43,605 nucleotides of DNA from a virus (Duplodnaviria > Heunggongvirae > Uroviricota > Caudoviricetes). Location: the IMG/VR virus record IMGVR_UViG_2579778674_000006, positions 1-43,605 of that record; one strand, given 5' to 3'. Within the stretch, counting starts at the first letter, position 1, and every line of letters starts with the position of its first letter. The notes under the pieces were generated by a model. The model was not told the DNA's origin, ran no database searches, and saw only the letters and a program-made list of their open reading frames with translations. Position numbers and translations under genes: made by a program. Below, piece by piece: positions 1-10,878 of this stretch.

Positions 1-32
1 CTTTACGCATAATTACCTCTCGCTTTTCTGCA

Positions 33-58
33 ATAAAAAAGGCGCCATTTCTGGCGCC
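33..58 (-). terminator. Rho-independent terminator downstream of J
   Basis: GGCGCCA-TTTC-TGGCGCC hairpin at 41-58 followed on the minus strand by a T-run (A6 at 35-40 on plus). Confidence 0.6.
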
Positions 59-2206
59 CTTATATGGGTTATAACAATTTCAACGAATACTGATGCCTGC
101 GGTGGCTTTCTTCATCACCACAACCAGCAAATCGCTGATACTTGCTGTGGGATACCAGTCATTTACCAGCCATGATGACACCGAAAACTCCAGCGTCATG
201 TGGCCGCGACCAGCTGGCATATCAATAACACCACTGTAAATCAGCGTATTATCCAGCGCGGTACGGTTATAAATTTCAGCACCGTTTTTCCGTACTATCA
301 GGCGGCATGACGAATAAATATCGTTATTCTCCCGCTCATGTTTAGCGCCGCTGAATGCCACCGCCGGAATAACAATCTGCCGGTCAAACGGCTGATCGTC
401 ATAAACCCTGACGGTGATGGTCCCTGATGGCCACCGTTCCGGTGCACGGGAGTCCCGGGGGAAAGCTTTGCCCACTGTTTTAACGAGATCGCCTTCAATC
501 TGGTTGGCGGACAATTTTCCCAGAACCCGACAGTTCTCGTTAATCGTGACGTTGTTGAGCGTCCCGGAGTTCGCATTCACGTTACCGCTGATATCGGCAT
601 TTTTCGCCGTCAGCCGCCCGTCCGGTGTCAGGGAAAATGCCGGAGGATTACCGCCGCTGGTAATGGTCGGAGCCGTCAGGCGTTTCAGGAACACGTCGTT
701 CATGAATATCTGATCGCCCTGACCAACAAACATCGGCTTTGTGTTGCCATTCGCAGGATTAATCATCGCAATCCGGTCAGCAGCCAGAAGCACCTGACTC
801 TGCATACCTGCTGGCGTATTCTCAATACCGGCTCCGATACCCGCAATATAAAGGCGTCCGTCCTTCATCTGCTGCAGTTTCACGGCCCACATGCTGTTCA
901 GGTTATTATTTGTATCAACCTGAACTTTCTGTATCTGCTGGATTGCCGCACTCTGGTCTTCCAGTTTTTTATTGACGGTCTGCGTGATTTCATTGCTGAC
1001 ATTCGTAATGGACGTCCTGATTTCAGCCAGGTCAGGCGCAAGCTGACCGTTATCAATCTGCGTCCACAGCTCCTGAGCCAGATGGGTTTTCCCTATCTCG
1101 CCTTTGAAAAAATCCAGGTAACCTTCCGCATCATCGCTCGCCCGACCGACGGCCTCCACGAATGCCGATTTGCCAACGGTGTTCACACTGCGGATATAAA
1201 AGTAATAATCATGGCCCGGTTTGATATTGATACTGGCGGCTATCCAGTACAGCCCCGTGCCAAGGTAGCGCGCTGTGGTTTCAACCTGCCTGATATCGGT
1301 AATCCGCTTTTCCGAAAACCAGAACTCAAACTGTACCGTCGGGTCATAAACGGCAAGATGCGGCGTGGCGGTTATCTGAAAATACCCCGGCGTCAGCTCA
1401 ATCCGCGACGGTGCTACCGGTGCGGCAATCCGGAACGATACCGACGCCGGATCGCCCTGCTGTCCCCACGCATTTACCGCCCGGACTGTCAGCCTGTAGT
1501 TCCCCAGCGCCAGTTGCGTGAAGCGGTATGCGGTTTCCGTCGTCCGGGCCGTGCTGACCAGCCGCTCACTGCCGTCATCCGCTGCCACGGTCAGGCGAAG
1601 CATAAAGCTCACCCCCTTCACCACCTTCGGCGTATCCCAGCGCGCCAGCACCTGATATTCCCCGCTGTCTGCGGTGACTTCGGCAGTCAGGTGCTGCACC
1701 GCTGGCGGCGTGACACCGTTCACCGTGCCGCTCTGGTCGCCGTCAAAGTGCGCCCCGTTATCCACGATGGCTTCTTTTTCCGGTACATGCTGCACGGCGG
1801 TGATGGCATACGTACCGTCATCGTTCTCACGGATACTCACACAGCGGAACAGGCGCTGGCGCAGCGTCGGCAGCTTCAGCCCCCACACGCTGTATTCGGC
1901 AACGCCGTCAGGAACACGGCTCACTTTCACCTTCACGCCGTCGGTGACGGACTGAACCTCCACGCTGACCGGACTCCCCTGCCCGTCAACCAGGCTTATC
2001 AGCGTGGTGCCGGAAGATGGCAGCGTGATTTCACGGTCGAGCGTCAGCGTCCGGGTCTGACTGTTCACCGCCAGCACGCGACCACCGGTGCTGATACCGG
2101 CATAGTCATCATCGCAGATTTCAATGACATCGCCCGGTACATGGCGAAGCCCTTCAGCACCCACGCTGAAATCCACGGTCTGCGTCTCCAGCAGTTCCGT
2201 TTTAAT

Positions 2207-2703
2207 CAGCCACAGCCCGGCGCGGTGTGCCTGCCCCCGGCTGGTACAGCCAAAGGCATCCATCTTCGTGACATTACGACCGTAACGGGCAATGGCCTGC
2301 GTATCTTCAACAAGCTCTGTCGCCGCGCGATGCGCTGTATGCCGGTATGGAACGGGCAGACGCTGACGTTCGTGCAGGACCGACCGTCGGATAAGGTGTG
2401 GGCCTATAACCGCAGTAATGTGGTGATGCCGGATGATGGCGCGCCGTTCCGCTACAGTTTCAGCGCCCTGAAAGACCGCCATAATGCCGTTGAGGTGAAC
2501 TGGATTGACCCGGATAACGGCTGGGAGACGGCGACAGAGCTTGTTGAAGATACGCAGGCCATTGCCCGTTACGGTCGTAATGTCACGAAGATGGATGCCT
2601 TTGGCTGTACCAGCCGGGGGCAGGCACACCGCGCCGGGCTGTGGCTGATTAAAACGGAACTGCTGGACAGCGTCTGCCCGTTCCATACCGGCATACAGCG
2701 CAT
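2207..2703. repeat. Inverted duplication inside J: plus-oriented copy of J codons (2327-2664) flanked by minus-oriented copies of its two ends (2207-2326 and 2665-2703)
   Basis: The peptide [45 protein letters not shown] is encoded on the minus strand at ~2207-2326 and again on the plus strand at 2528-2664; [13 protein letters not shown] is encoded on the plus strand at 2327-2365 and on the minus strand at 2665-2703. Confidence 0.85.
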
Positions 2704-2792
2704 CGCCGAGCAGAAATCACTGAGCACATCCCACGCCTTACGCTGCGTGGTCAGGTAGGCATTACAGGTGATGCGCGGCTCCGTGCCGCTAA

Positions 2793-2914
2793 AACCGTCC
2801 GGCACTGACTGGTCGCAGTACTGGCCGATGACATACAGCGCCCATTTATCCACAACCGTCCGGCACCGACTGATCGCAATGCTGGCCGATGACATACAGC
2901 GCCCATTTGTCCAC
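2793..2914. repeat. Imperfect 61-bp tandem duplication inside J
   Basis: Copy A 2793-2853 and copy B 2854-2914 differ at about 5 positions; 61 bp is not a multiple of 3, so the frame shifts. Confidence 0.9.
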
Positions 2915-2955
2915 ATCCGCCGCACCAAGACGTTTCCCCATGCCGTAGCGCGGAT

Positions 2956-2985
2956 GGGTCAGCATATCCGTGGGTCAGCATATCC
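2956..2985. repeat. Short tandem duplication inside J (gggtcagcatatcc twice, 16-bp period)
   Basis: gggtcagcatatcc at 2956-2969 and 2972-2985 separated by gt; shifts the J frame. Confidence 0.85.
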
Positions 2986-3830
2986 CACAGACACCAGGCC
3001 GGGTTGTTGCTGTATGCCGGCTTAAACGTTCCGTCCCAGATACCGCTGTATTGCCGCGTCTGCGGGTTATAGTTCGACGGCACCTGCAGAATGCGCCCAC
3101 GAAGATGATAATTACGGCTCACCTGCTGGCTGCCGAACTGCTCCGAGTCCACCTGCACGCCGACCAGTGCCGTGTTCGGGTAGCACTGTTTCACATCGAT
3201 GATTTCGGTGTATGACGACCAGAGCGTTTTGTTCTGCAGCTGGTCTGTGGTGCTGTCCGGCGTCATCCTGCGCATCCGTATATTGAACGGGCGCGGCGGC
3301 AGGTTACCCACCACCACCGAGGCCAGATACTGCGAGGTGGTTTTGCCCTTAATGGTGATGTCTTTTTCCGTCACCCAGCCACCATTACGCTGTATCTGAA
3401 CCAGCAGGCGGACTTCCGACGGATTCCGGTCCCCCTTTGAGGTGGTTTCCACCAGTGCCTGTACACCGAAGGTAAAGCGCAGACGGTCGATGTTTGCCGA
3501 CGTGATGGTCCGGGTGATCGGCGTGTCATATTTCACTTCCGTACCCAGCACCGTCTCGGAGCCGGAGGATTCAAATCCCTCCGGCGGTGACTGCTCCTGC
3601 TCACCGGCCCGGAACACCACCGTGACGCCGGATATATTGGTATTCCCCTCACAGTCCAGCACCGGCGTACTGTTCAGCAGCACGCTTTTTAATCCGTCCA
3701 CCGGACCTTCAACCGGCCCTTCGCTGATGGCATCGATCACACTCAGCAGCTGCGTGGACTTCAGGTTGTCCTTCGCTTCGCGCGGGGTATGCCCCTTACT
3801 GCTGCCTTTACCCATTCCTCACGCTCCATA

Positions 3831-3855
3831 AACGACAAAACCGCCCGCAGGCGGT
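3831..3855 (-). terminator. Intrinsic terminator-like hairpin between I and J
   Basis: Minus strand reads ACCGCC-TGCG-GGCGGT followed by TTTGTCGTTT; sits in the 59-bp gap between the I stop and the J start. Confidence 0.5.
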
Positions 3856-3874
3856 TTCACATAAACGTTTTTCA

Positions 3875-4522
3875 TCAGCGACCAATCACCACAACCTGAC
3901 CACCATCCCCTTCGTCTGCCGTGCTGATCTCCTGAGAGACCACCCGCGACCCCACGCGCATTTCACCGTACAGAACGGGCAGAACATTGCCCTGGGCAAC
4001 CATGTTATCCAGTGAGGAGAAATAGGTGTTCTGTTTGCCGTTATCTGTACTTGCTGCCGTGGGCGTCCTGGCTTTCGGTGCCAGCATCTGCGCCACTCCG
4101 CCCAGGATCATACTGGCCCCTGCCGCATACATGCCCGATACAGCCGCGGCACCCAGCCAGCCCACAGGGTTCCACCATGCCACCGCAATCAGCGCCGCCC
4201 CCAGCACCACCTGAAACACACCGCCACTTTTAGCTCCCGCCAGACGCGGCACGATGTGGATCACGGCACCATTTGCCAGCGGCTCATTAAGACGGGCAGA
4301 CAATTCGGTTTCACCTGCATCACGCCCGGCAATGCGTACCTGGTACCAGCCGTCGCTCAGTTTCTGACGAAATGCCGGGATCTGCATGGCCAGCGCCCGG
4401 ATGGCTTCGGACCCCGTTTTCACTCGAAGGTCGATGCGGCGGCCAAATCGTTGTAAATCCCCGTAAAGGCAGATGCGTGCCATGCCCGGTGACGCCAGAG
4501 GGAGTGTGTGCGTCGCTGCCAT
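3875..4522 (-). CDS. I: Tail assembly protein I
   Basis: 215-aa ORF, MAATHTLPLASPGMARICLYGDLQRFGRRIDLRVKTG..., matches lambda gpI as I recall it; follows K and precedes J. Confidence 0.9.
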   Translation of the reverse strand: MAATHTLPLASPGMARICLYGDLQRFGRRIDLRVKTGSEAIRALAMQIPAFRQKLSDGWYQVRIAGRDAGETELSARLNEPLANGAVIHIVPRLAGAKSGGVFQVVLGAALIAVAWWNPVGWLGAAAVSGMYAAGASMILGGVAQMLAPKARTPTAASTDNGKQNTYFSSLDNMVAQGNVLPVLYGEMRVGSRVVSQEISTADEGDGGQVVVIGR

Positions 4523-5163
4523 TTGTCGGTGTACCTCTCTCGTTTGCTCAGTTGTTCAGGAATATGGTGCAGCAGCTCGCCATCACCACAGTAAATGGCG
4601 GCATGATTCGGCACCGATGAACCAAAACAGCACAGCAGCACATCGCCCGGTTGTGCTGATGACAACGGCACCTGATACAGCCCTGTGGCCTCCAGATTAT
4701 CCAGATAGAGATTCTGACCGTGACGCCACCAGTCATCCTCGCGATGAAAATCCGGCATCTCAATCCCCGCCAGATGGTAAGCGTCCCGGAACAGCGTGTA
4801 ACAGTCCGTCACCCCGTGCTCAAAGCGCCGCCCGGTGAGATGCGGCACACAGCGGAACTTATGAATCGCCCCGCGGCAGACCAGCCACCACGGCAAATCA
4901 CTCTGCACCTGCAACCGCCGGTCGGCCTCACTCAGCCAGGGCAGACCACCGGGGTGGCTGTGAACCAGCGCCACAATCTCACCCTGCATCTCTGCCTGCA
5001 GCCAGTCCTCCGGAGCCATCCGGAAATACTCCTCCGGCTCACCGGAAATATTCACGCAGGGAAAATATCTTTCCCCCTCCGGCGTTCTCACCACGAAGCC
5101 GCACGACTCCGCTGGCGCACATCGCCGGGCGTGCGCCAGAATCGCTGATTCTGTCTCTGTCAT
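4420..5163 (-). CDS. K: Tail assembly protein K (JAB/MPN plus NlpC/P60 domains)
   Basis: 247-aa ORF with an HSHPGG JAMM-like motif and a C-terminal Cys/His peptidase-like region (DCYTLFRDAYHLAG); overlaps I by ~100 bp as in lambda. Confidence 0.85.
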   Translation of the reverse strand: MTETESAILAHARRCAPAESCGFVVRTPEGERYFPCVNISGEPEEYFRMAPEDWLQAEMQGEIVALVHSHPGGLPWLSEADRRLQVQSDLPWWLVCRGAIHKFRCVPHLTGRRFEHGVTDCYTLFRDAYHLAGIEMPDFHREDDWWRHGQNLYLDNLEATGLYQVPLSSAQPGDVLLCCFGSSVPNHAAIYCGDGELLHHIPEQLSKRERYTDKWQRRTHSLWRHRAWHASAFTGIYNDLAAASTFE

Positions 5164-5168
5164 GGGAT

Positions 5169-5867
5169 TTACTGCGAAAGTTTGTTAATGGAAAGGAAGC
5201 CGCCAAAGTTGCCGACGTTATTGCGGAACTTGCAACCACTCAGGCATTTGCTGCACTTATCCTTCGTGATATCGGACGTTGGCTGGTCATATTCATCCGC
5301 GACCGCCGGGCCATCATAACCGCACTCATCACCGCGATAGGTCCAGGTGCAGGTGTTGGCCAGCATGATACGTCCCGGAAAAACAGCGCCATCCGTTTCC
5401 GTCGGCGTGGACAGTACAAAGGAGGCACTCACCGCGCTCAGTTCGCTGCACTGCTCGATGCGCCAGCGGCTGATCACCTCCTGCTCCGGATCGGCGTCAC
5501 TGTTTCCGTTGACGAAGTTCACCGCATCCAGAAAACGGGCGTAAACCTTACGCCGGACCACCGTTCCGCCGACCAGACTCTGCAGATCTTCCGCCATCCC
5601 GGTGACCATGCCGTACAGATTAGAGACTTTAAGCGTTGGCCTTGCACTGGCTCCTTTGCCGTTCATCTCAAATCCGCTTCCCTGAATGGGATAAGCCTGA
5701 TACTGCCGCCCCTGCCAGGTGACTGGTTCACCTTTTTCGTTCTGCTCATTACAGAAGAAATAACGATCTCCGCCGACCTCTGTCAGATCAATTTCCCAGA
5801 GCACGACCAGCGCGGATTGCTCCGTTTTAGTGCACTCATTGAGTGTTTCCTGCTGTATATCCTGCAT
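5169..5867 (-). CDS. L: Minor tail protein L
   Basis: 232-aa ORF, MQDIQQETLNECTKTEQSALVVLWEIDLTEVGG..., lambda gpL-like, between M and K. Confidence 0.9.
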   Translation of the reverse strand: MQDIQQETLNECTKTEQSALVVLWEIDLTEVGGDRYFFCNEQNEKGEPVTWQGRQYQAYPIQGSGFEMNGKGASARPTLKVSNLYGMVTGMAEDLQSLVGGTVVRRKVYARFLDAVNFVNGNSDADPEQEVISRWRIEQCSELSAVSASFVLSTPTETDGAVFPGRIMLANTCTWTYRGDECGYDGPAVADEYDQPTSDITKDKCSKCLSGCKFRNNVGNFGGFLSINKLSQ

Positions 5868-6223
5868 CAGTGAGTGACCTCTTCAAAGGTACAGTTAAAA
5901 TCGGTATACATGGCATTATCCGAAATGCTCCACTCCCTGCAGACAACCCGGACAGTCCTGTTGTGTTTTGGCGGACGCCACAAAAAAGCACGAATCCCGG
6001 CATGACGGGATAAAAAACTGTCCAGCGCGGCACGGGAATATTCATCTGTGACACGAAATACCGGTTTAAACGTTTTCAGATCCGCATTCAGACCACCAGC
6101 CCGTCGCTGTTCATATCCGTCACCAAACTTTACCGTAATAACTGATGGCTTTCGTGTCGTCTCCATCCCCTCACGGGGGATCCAGTTAAAAACTTCAGGC
6201 TCAGGCACTGTACAATCCTCCAT
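5867..6223 (-). CDS. M: Minor tail protein M
   Basis: ORF 5867..6253; likely start at the internal Met (MEDCTV...) at 6223 overlapping the H stop; contains the VKFGDGYEQRRAGGLNADLKT motif typical of gpM. Confidence 0.8.
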   Translation of the reverse strand: MEDCTVPEPEVFNWIPREGMETTRKPSVITVKFGDGYEQRRAGGLNADLKTFKPVFRVTDEYSRAALDSFLSRHAGIRAFLWRPPKHNRTVRVVCREWSISDNAMYTDFNCTFEEVTH

Positions 6224-9200
6224 CCCGACGCGATGACTGCATAATTGACACAACCCTGCTGTCGATCAGATCCACCAGTCCCCTGGCTGAGCGCGCATCT
6301 ATCTCGCCATTGCTCCCTTGATTCTGAATGCTGATGTGATACACGGGAGAATAAACAAATCCACCGCCACCATTCACATTTCCAATGGCCCTGACCCCAA
6401 GAGAGCCGTCCGCTGCCCGTGTCAGTGGCATGATTGCTTCAGGCCCGGCCTCGCCCATCAACCCGGCACCTTTCGCAAAAGCAAAATACGTCGGTGTATC
6501 CACAATAGTGTTACTGTAAGCACTCAGATTTGCCGATGTGTAAACACCACCTTTTGCGTTTGCCACTGCCCCCGAAATCCATCCGCCGACCGTACCAAGC
6601 CACCCTCCGGCACCGGAGAGTGATTTCAGTCCGTTAACAATGGCTGCATTCATCAGAATTTTTGAAACTTCCCGGAGAACTGAACTCCCCCAGTTCCTCC
6701 AGTCCACAACATTCCCGGCCAGTGCATCGGAAATATTTGATACCAGCCCGTCCATCGTGGAAACGACAGCATCTGCCGCCTGTGAAGCATAATCGGTGGC
6801 ACTGTCTGCCCAGTTGGTCAGTCCCTCCTGGAGTCCGGCATTCCAGTTATTACGTAAAGCATCGGCCTTTGCATAATAATCCTGCTGATCGCTGAGACGC
6901 TCTTCCAGATATTTTTTATTCAGTTCTTTCTCCTGTTTCCACAGGGCTTCTTCAATTTCTCCGGCCTGATACTGTCTCAGCAGCTCGTTATTTTTCTGCT
7001 CAAACGCCTGCCGGATACTCCACATTTCCTGGAGTCGTTCACGCATCCGTGAACCTTCACCATATCCCAGCAACTGCGCTTCGTCAGATGCCCGGGCACT
7101 GGCATTACTGTCCGCCAGACTGCTCTCATACGCAGCAAGCTGCTCACGAATCTTTTTCTGGTCGATGAGTGCTGCATTCTGCAAAAGCGTTTTTTTCTGC
7201 GCTTCTGACAGGGTTGATAATTCGCCCTGACTGACCTGATATTTCATCTTAGCCAGTTCAGTATTCTGCCCTGCCAGTGCTATTTGTTCTTTTTGCTGTT
7301 TAATCAGCCGTTTATAAATATCTTCTGTTTTTTCCGCTTCGGTCTTTTTATGCGCTTTGGGTTTATTTGCCTGGTTATTTCGCCAAGCATCCAGTGAGTT
7401 ATTGATATAATTCTGTCTGGCTGTCTGATACGCCTCTCCCACAAAGCCGAGATCATCCGCAGCATAACCCAGGCGGGCACGCTCACGGGCTTCCCCCTTC
7501 AGGCGGGACAGAGCCAGTTCGCGCTCGCTGTTATTCAGTGCGGTCTGCTGTTTATCATCCAGGGTTGCCTGTGGTAGCCGTAACGGTACATTCACCAGCC
7601 CCTGTCGCTGCTGAAGTAATTCATTACCGAGCCCGAGAAGGCGATTAAACTCGGTATGCTGCCCATTCATGATCAACAGGGACTGATACGCTTTGTTTTG
7701 TTCCGCGGCCTGTTGACGGATCAACGCCACCCGTCGCTCCTCCAGCCCGGCAAGCACATCCTGAATGGATTGCGCTTTGCCCTGCATTTGTGTGAGACGG
7801 GACTGTTCAACTGCCAGTTGATTTGTTGCTTCTGCAAGCCCTTCTGTGACAGTTTTTACCGACGTCATGTGGTTAATCATAAAACCGTTATCGGTTGTCC
7901 AGCCCGGGTTTGCCAGCACATACTGATAGCCAGCAATTTTTTCCTGTAAGGATTTAATCTTACTTTTCTGCTCGTCAATTAACCTGTTTTGCTCATCAAG
8001 TGCCTGCCGCGTCTTTTCCTCATTATCTGACGCTTCAGGAAGCGACATTGCCGACGTTTTCTGGCGAATTTCGTCGATTGTTGCGGCATACTGGCGTGCA
8101 GATTCTCTGGCCTGCTCCTGATTCTGATACATCGTGTACCAGGCCGTCGCCCCCAGCATGACGAGTCCCGGCACACCACCAACCAACCCCAGCGCACCAC
8201 TTAACAGACGACTCCCCACTGACGTGACAGTATTCAGCGTTGTCTGTGCAGCTGTTCTGGCCGCAATATTACGGGTAAGTGACGCCTGGGCAGCTGTCAG
8301 CTTCGCTTCTGCTGCGGCCTGCCTTTCGGTACCGCGAGCAGCAACAACCGCCTGTTGCGCACGATAAACCGCCGCACGCGCCCTAGCGGTTGCTATCTGT
8401 GTCCCCCGAAGTTGCACTTCAGCAAGAGCCACTTCGTTTCTGGCTGCAGTAATTAATCCGGCAGTTGCAGATCCAGCAGACGACGCCATATTGCCAAAAT
8501 ATCGGGCTACCCCGACGGCAACCAGTGCGCCAGCTGCAGCAGCCACGGTATCAATATTGTCTGCAACACCATTCAACACCCCGGTGAGTGTCTTTGTCAC
8601 TCCGCTTGCCTCGTTCGCACCACCAACCCAGGCCATAAAGGCGTTTTCAACTTTGGTTGCAGAGGATGAAACAGTATCAGGCATTGCTGCATATTCATCA
8701 CGCAACGCCCCAAGCTGACTAATCAGTGCAGGAACAACCTTATCGGCGGTCAGTTTTCCGTTATCCGCCATGGCCTTCAGATCCTTACGGGCAACACCCA
8801 TTCCCGCAGCCAGCGCACGAATAACACGATCGCCGTTCTCATTCACAGAGTTAAATTCTTCACCGCGCAGCACTCCCTGCGCCAGTGCCTGACTGAACTG
8901 CGTGATCACCGAACTGGCTTCTGCTGTACTGGCACCGGATAATTTCAGGCCCGTGGAGATCGCCTCGGTGACTTTCAGTACCTCCTCAGAACTGTAGCCA
9001 TACTCCCGCATGGAAGCTGCAGAGCGGGCAAAAAGGCTGGCGTTATCAGAAAACGCCGTTCCCGTTCTCTGGCTGATTGCCATTAATTCACGTTGTGATA
9101 CCTGAAAATCATCACTGGACTGTGAAGCCTGCTTCAGACGGGCATTTACTGAATTCCACTCATCGGCGAGAGAAATAAGATGACCGGTAGCAAAAGCTCC

Positions 9201-9434
9201 GGCAAATGCCCCCGCCATATTCAGTGCCGAAGATTTAGCTGTATTTATCTGATCCGTCACTTCTGCCAGTGCACGCCGCATTTCACGGGATGCAGCAGCG
9301 GACTGCCGGCCTCCGTTCTGCATGGTACGGTAGTAATCCTGCCCCATACGCGAAGCCCGGGAGATCTCTGACTGGAATGACCGGGAATTTGCCGAGATTT
9401 TAATAATCAGTTCACGTAATGTCGCCACACTCAT
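6201..9434 (-). CDS. H: Tail tape measure protein H
   Basis: 1077-aa ORF, Ala/Gln-rich with coiled-coil character, between GT and M. Confidence 0.9.
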   Translation of the reverse strand: MSVATLRELIIKISANSRSFQSEISRASRMGQDYYRTMQNGGRQSAAASREMRRALAEVTDQINTAKSSALNMAGAFAGAFATGHLISLADEWNSVNARLKQASQSSDDFQVSQRELMAISQRTGTAFSDNASLFARSAASMREYGYSSEEVLKVTEAISTGLKLSGASTAEASSVITQFSQALAQGVLRGEEFNSVNENGDRVIRALAAGMGVARKDLKAMADNGKLTADKVVPALISQLGALRDEYAAMPDTVSSSATKVENAFMAWVGGANEASGVTKTLTGVLNGVADNIDTVAAAAGALVAVGVARYFGNMASSAGSATAGLITAARNEVALAEVQLRGTQIATARARAAVYRAQQAVVAARGTERQAAAEAKLTAAQASLTRNIAARTAAQTTLNTVTSVGSRLLSGALGLVGGVPGLVMLGATAWYTMYQNQEQARESARQYAATIDEIRQKTSAMSLPEASDNEEKTRQALDEQNRLIDEQKSKIKSLQEKIAGYQYVLANPGWTTDNGFMINHMTSVKTVTEGLAEATNQLAVEQSRLTQMQGKAQSIQDVLAGLEERRVALIRQQAAEQNKAYQSLLIMNGQHTEFNRLLGLGNELLQQRQGLVNVPLRLPQATLDDKQQTALNNSERELALSRLKGEARERARLGYAADDLGFVGEAYQTARQNYINNSLDAWRNNQANKPKAHKKTEAEKTEDIYKRLIKQQKEQIALAGQNTELAKMKYQVSQGELSTLSEAQKKTLLQNAALIDQKKIREQLAAYESSLADSNASARASDEAQLLGYGEGSRMRERLQEMWSIRQAFEQKNNELLRQYQAGEIEEALWKQEKELNKKYLEERLSDQQDYYAKADALRNNWNAGLQEGLTNWADSATDYASQAADAVVSTMDGLVSNISDALAGNVVDWRNWGSSVLREVSKILMNAAIVNGLKSLSGAGGWLGTVGGWISGAVANAKGGVYTSANLSAYSNTIVDTPTYFAFAKGAGLMGEAGPEAIMPLTRAADGSLGVRAIGNVNGGGGFVYSPVYHISIQNQGSNGEIDARSARGLVDLIDSRVVSIMQSSRRDGGLYSA

Positions 9435-9443
9435 TCTCCGGAC

Positions 9444-9464
9444 GAAAAAAACCGCCGAAGCGGT
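9444..9464 (-). terminator. Terminator-like hairpin between GT and H
   Basis: Minus strand reads AACCGC-TTCG-GCGGTT followed by T7; lies between the T stop (9474) and the H start (9434). Confidence 0.5.
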
Positions 9465-9473
9465 TATGTTGAC

Positions 9474-9778
9474 TCACTGAGACACTATTAAAAGCGCGTT
9501 TTCCAGTCCGGCAAATGGATCTGAGACGCCTTCTGTCTGCTCTTGTTCCCACTGAAGAAGCGCATCATTCAGTGGGACTTTGACACCCTGCGCACCGTAA
9601 ACCGCAGAAACTATCTGGGCAGCCCGGATATCAGCCCGCTCGTCACCCAGCGGGCTGAACCTGTCAAATTCTGCCCACATCATGATTTCTGATGCGGACA
9701 TTTCCCGGCGTAACTCTGACAATGTGCGCCCCATCCTGAGCGCCAGCATCATCAGAAAACGCATCCCCGGAAGCTCTA
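9474..9778 (-). CDS. T extension of the GT tail assembly chaperone, reached by -1 programmed frameshift from G
   Basis: ORF 9474..9764 is open in the -1 frame from the slippery site; after the slip at A AAA AAG the reading continues VELPGMRFLMML... Confidence 0.75.
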
Positions 9779-10162
9779 CTTTTTTTTAACCTCGCCGGCA
9801 TCACTGATCAGTTCCAGAGACTGCCGAAGAAGCCGCGCATGCACCGGGCCATACACGGCAATCACCTGTTCACGATCATCCTCTGAAAATACAGGTTGCA
9901 GTCCGGTATCACACAGAACATCAATGAACAGTTCAACATCTGCCTCCAGATTTCGGCGGGCGCGCTCCGCAACGGATAACGGTGTCTCATCATCTTTTGC
10001 TTTAACGATCTCCTGCCAGCGCAACCAGGCTTCTGCAGAAGGTTCCCGTAATACAACCGTTGCCCCTTCCCATTCAGGCACATCAACAGTTTTATGGCGA
10101 AACCCCGACATCGTTGCCAGTGCCAGATTGCGGATATTTTTAGTCATCACATCTATCCTCAT
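9776..10162 (-). CDS. G: Tail assembly chaperone G
   Basis: 128-aa ORF ending ...GEVKKK at a slippery A AAA AAG sequence just before its stop. Confidence 0.85.
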   Translation of the reverse strand: MRIDVMTKNIRNLALATMSGFRHKTVDVPEWEGATVVLREPSAEAWLRWQEIVKAKDDETPLSVAERARRNLEADVELFIDVLCDTGLQPVFSEDDREQVIAVYGPVHARLLRQSLELISDAGEVKKK

Positions 10163-10869
10163 TAACTGACGGTAACAGTGCAGGAAGTGGAGGTCACCTT
10201 GTTAACAGGGCTTGCTGAATCAGAAATCTCGCAGGTATACGCACCGGCATCACCTGATGCTGCTGATGCCTTACTGAATGTTGCCGCCGTCTGTCCGGAA
10301 ACAGGAGAACTACCTTTCTTCCAGACATAAGAATAAGGCGGCACACCACCGGCAGCCTCAACCACCATTTCGAGTTTCGCTCCGGCAGAAACCTGCAGCG
10401 TGCTGTTTAAATCGACCTTCACTTTCAGCGGCTCTGTCGTCAGCACAGGTTTACCTTTCAGGCGCAGGGAAAACGTTGCAGCCACAACACCATTAGTTCC
10501 TGCAGACCAGGTATGCTGACGCACCTCTGCCATAAAGGTAAATCCGTTGCCTGACGGAAAAATAACTTTAAAGCCATACGTGGTGTCATTGTCATAGGCA
10601 CTGCGCAACGCGTTCTGGGCAGCATTGAGGTAAAAGTTGCCTGACATGGAAATCTCTGACGCGGCACCAAGGCCGTTAATATTTTCCTGCTCAACAGAAC
10701 ACAGCGTGGTGACATCAATATCCTGCTTTTGTCCTGCGGTAAACTGCACCTCTTTGATTGTACAGCTCAGGCCAAGATAGCTGGCAGAATCCAGGGTTTC
10801 TGCTGTTACCGGTGCAGACGAAATCATAATTTTCGTCAGTTGCGAACGCTCAAAATTAGAGGACATACT
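10162..10869 (-). CDS. V: Major tail protein V with C-terminal Ig-like domain
   Basis: ORF 10162..10917; likely start at MSSNFERSQL (10869) after the RBS CAGGAGACGAGT; C-terminal beta-rich Ig-like region. Confidence 0.85.
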   Translation of the reverse strand, partial: SMSSNFERSQLTKIMISSAPVTAETLDSASYLGLSCTIKEVQFTAGQKQDIDVTTLCSVEQENINGLGAASEISMSGNFYLNAAQNALRSAYDNDTTYGFKVIFPSGNGFTFMAEVRQHTWSAGTNGVVAATFSLRLKGKPVLTTEPLKVKVDLNSTLQVSAGAKLEMVVEAAGGVPPYSYVWKKGSSPVSGQTAATFSKASAASGDAGAYTCEISDSASPVNKVTSTSCTVTVS

Positions 10870-10878
10870 CGTCTCCTG

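Larger units (their letters stand above)
80..3815 (-). pseudogene. J: Tail tip / host specificity protein J, disrupted by internal rearrangements
   Basis: Minus-strand ORFs 2751..3815 (MGKGSSKGHTPREAKDNLKSTQLL...), 2569..2928 and 80..2686 together cover a lambda J-like protein but in three different frames; a 16-bp and a 61-bp tandem duplication and an inverted segment break the reading frame. Confidence 0.85.

Noticed and set aside
1082-2758. 558-aa plus-strand ORF overlapping J
   Set aside because: Its only meaningful part is the inverted copy of J codons (2327-2664); the rest is antisense to J. It is a by-product of the rearrangement, not a gene.
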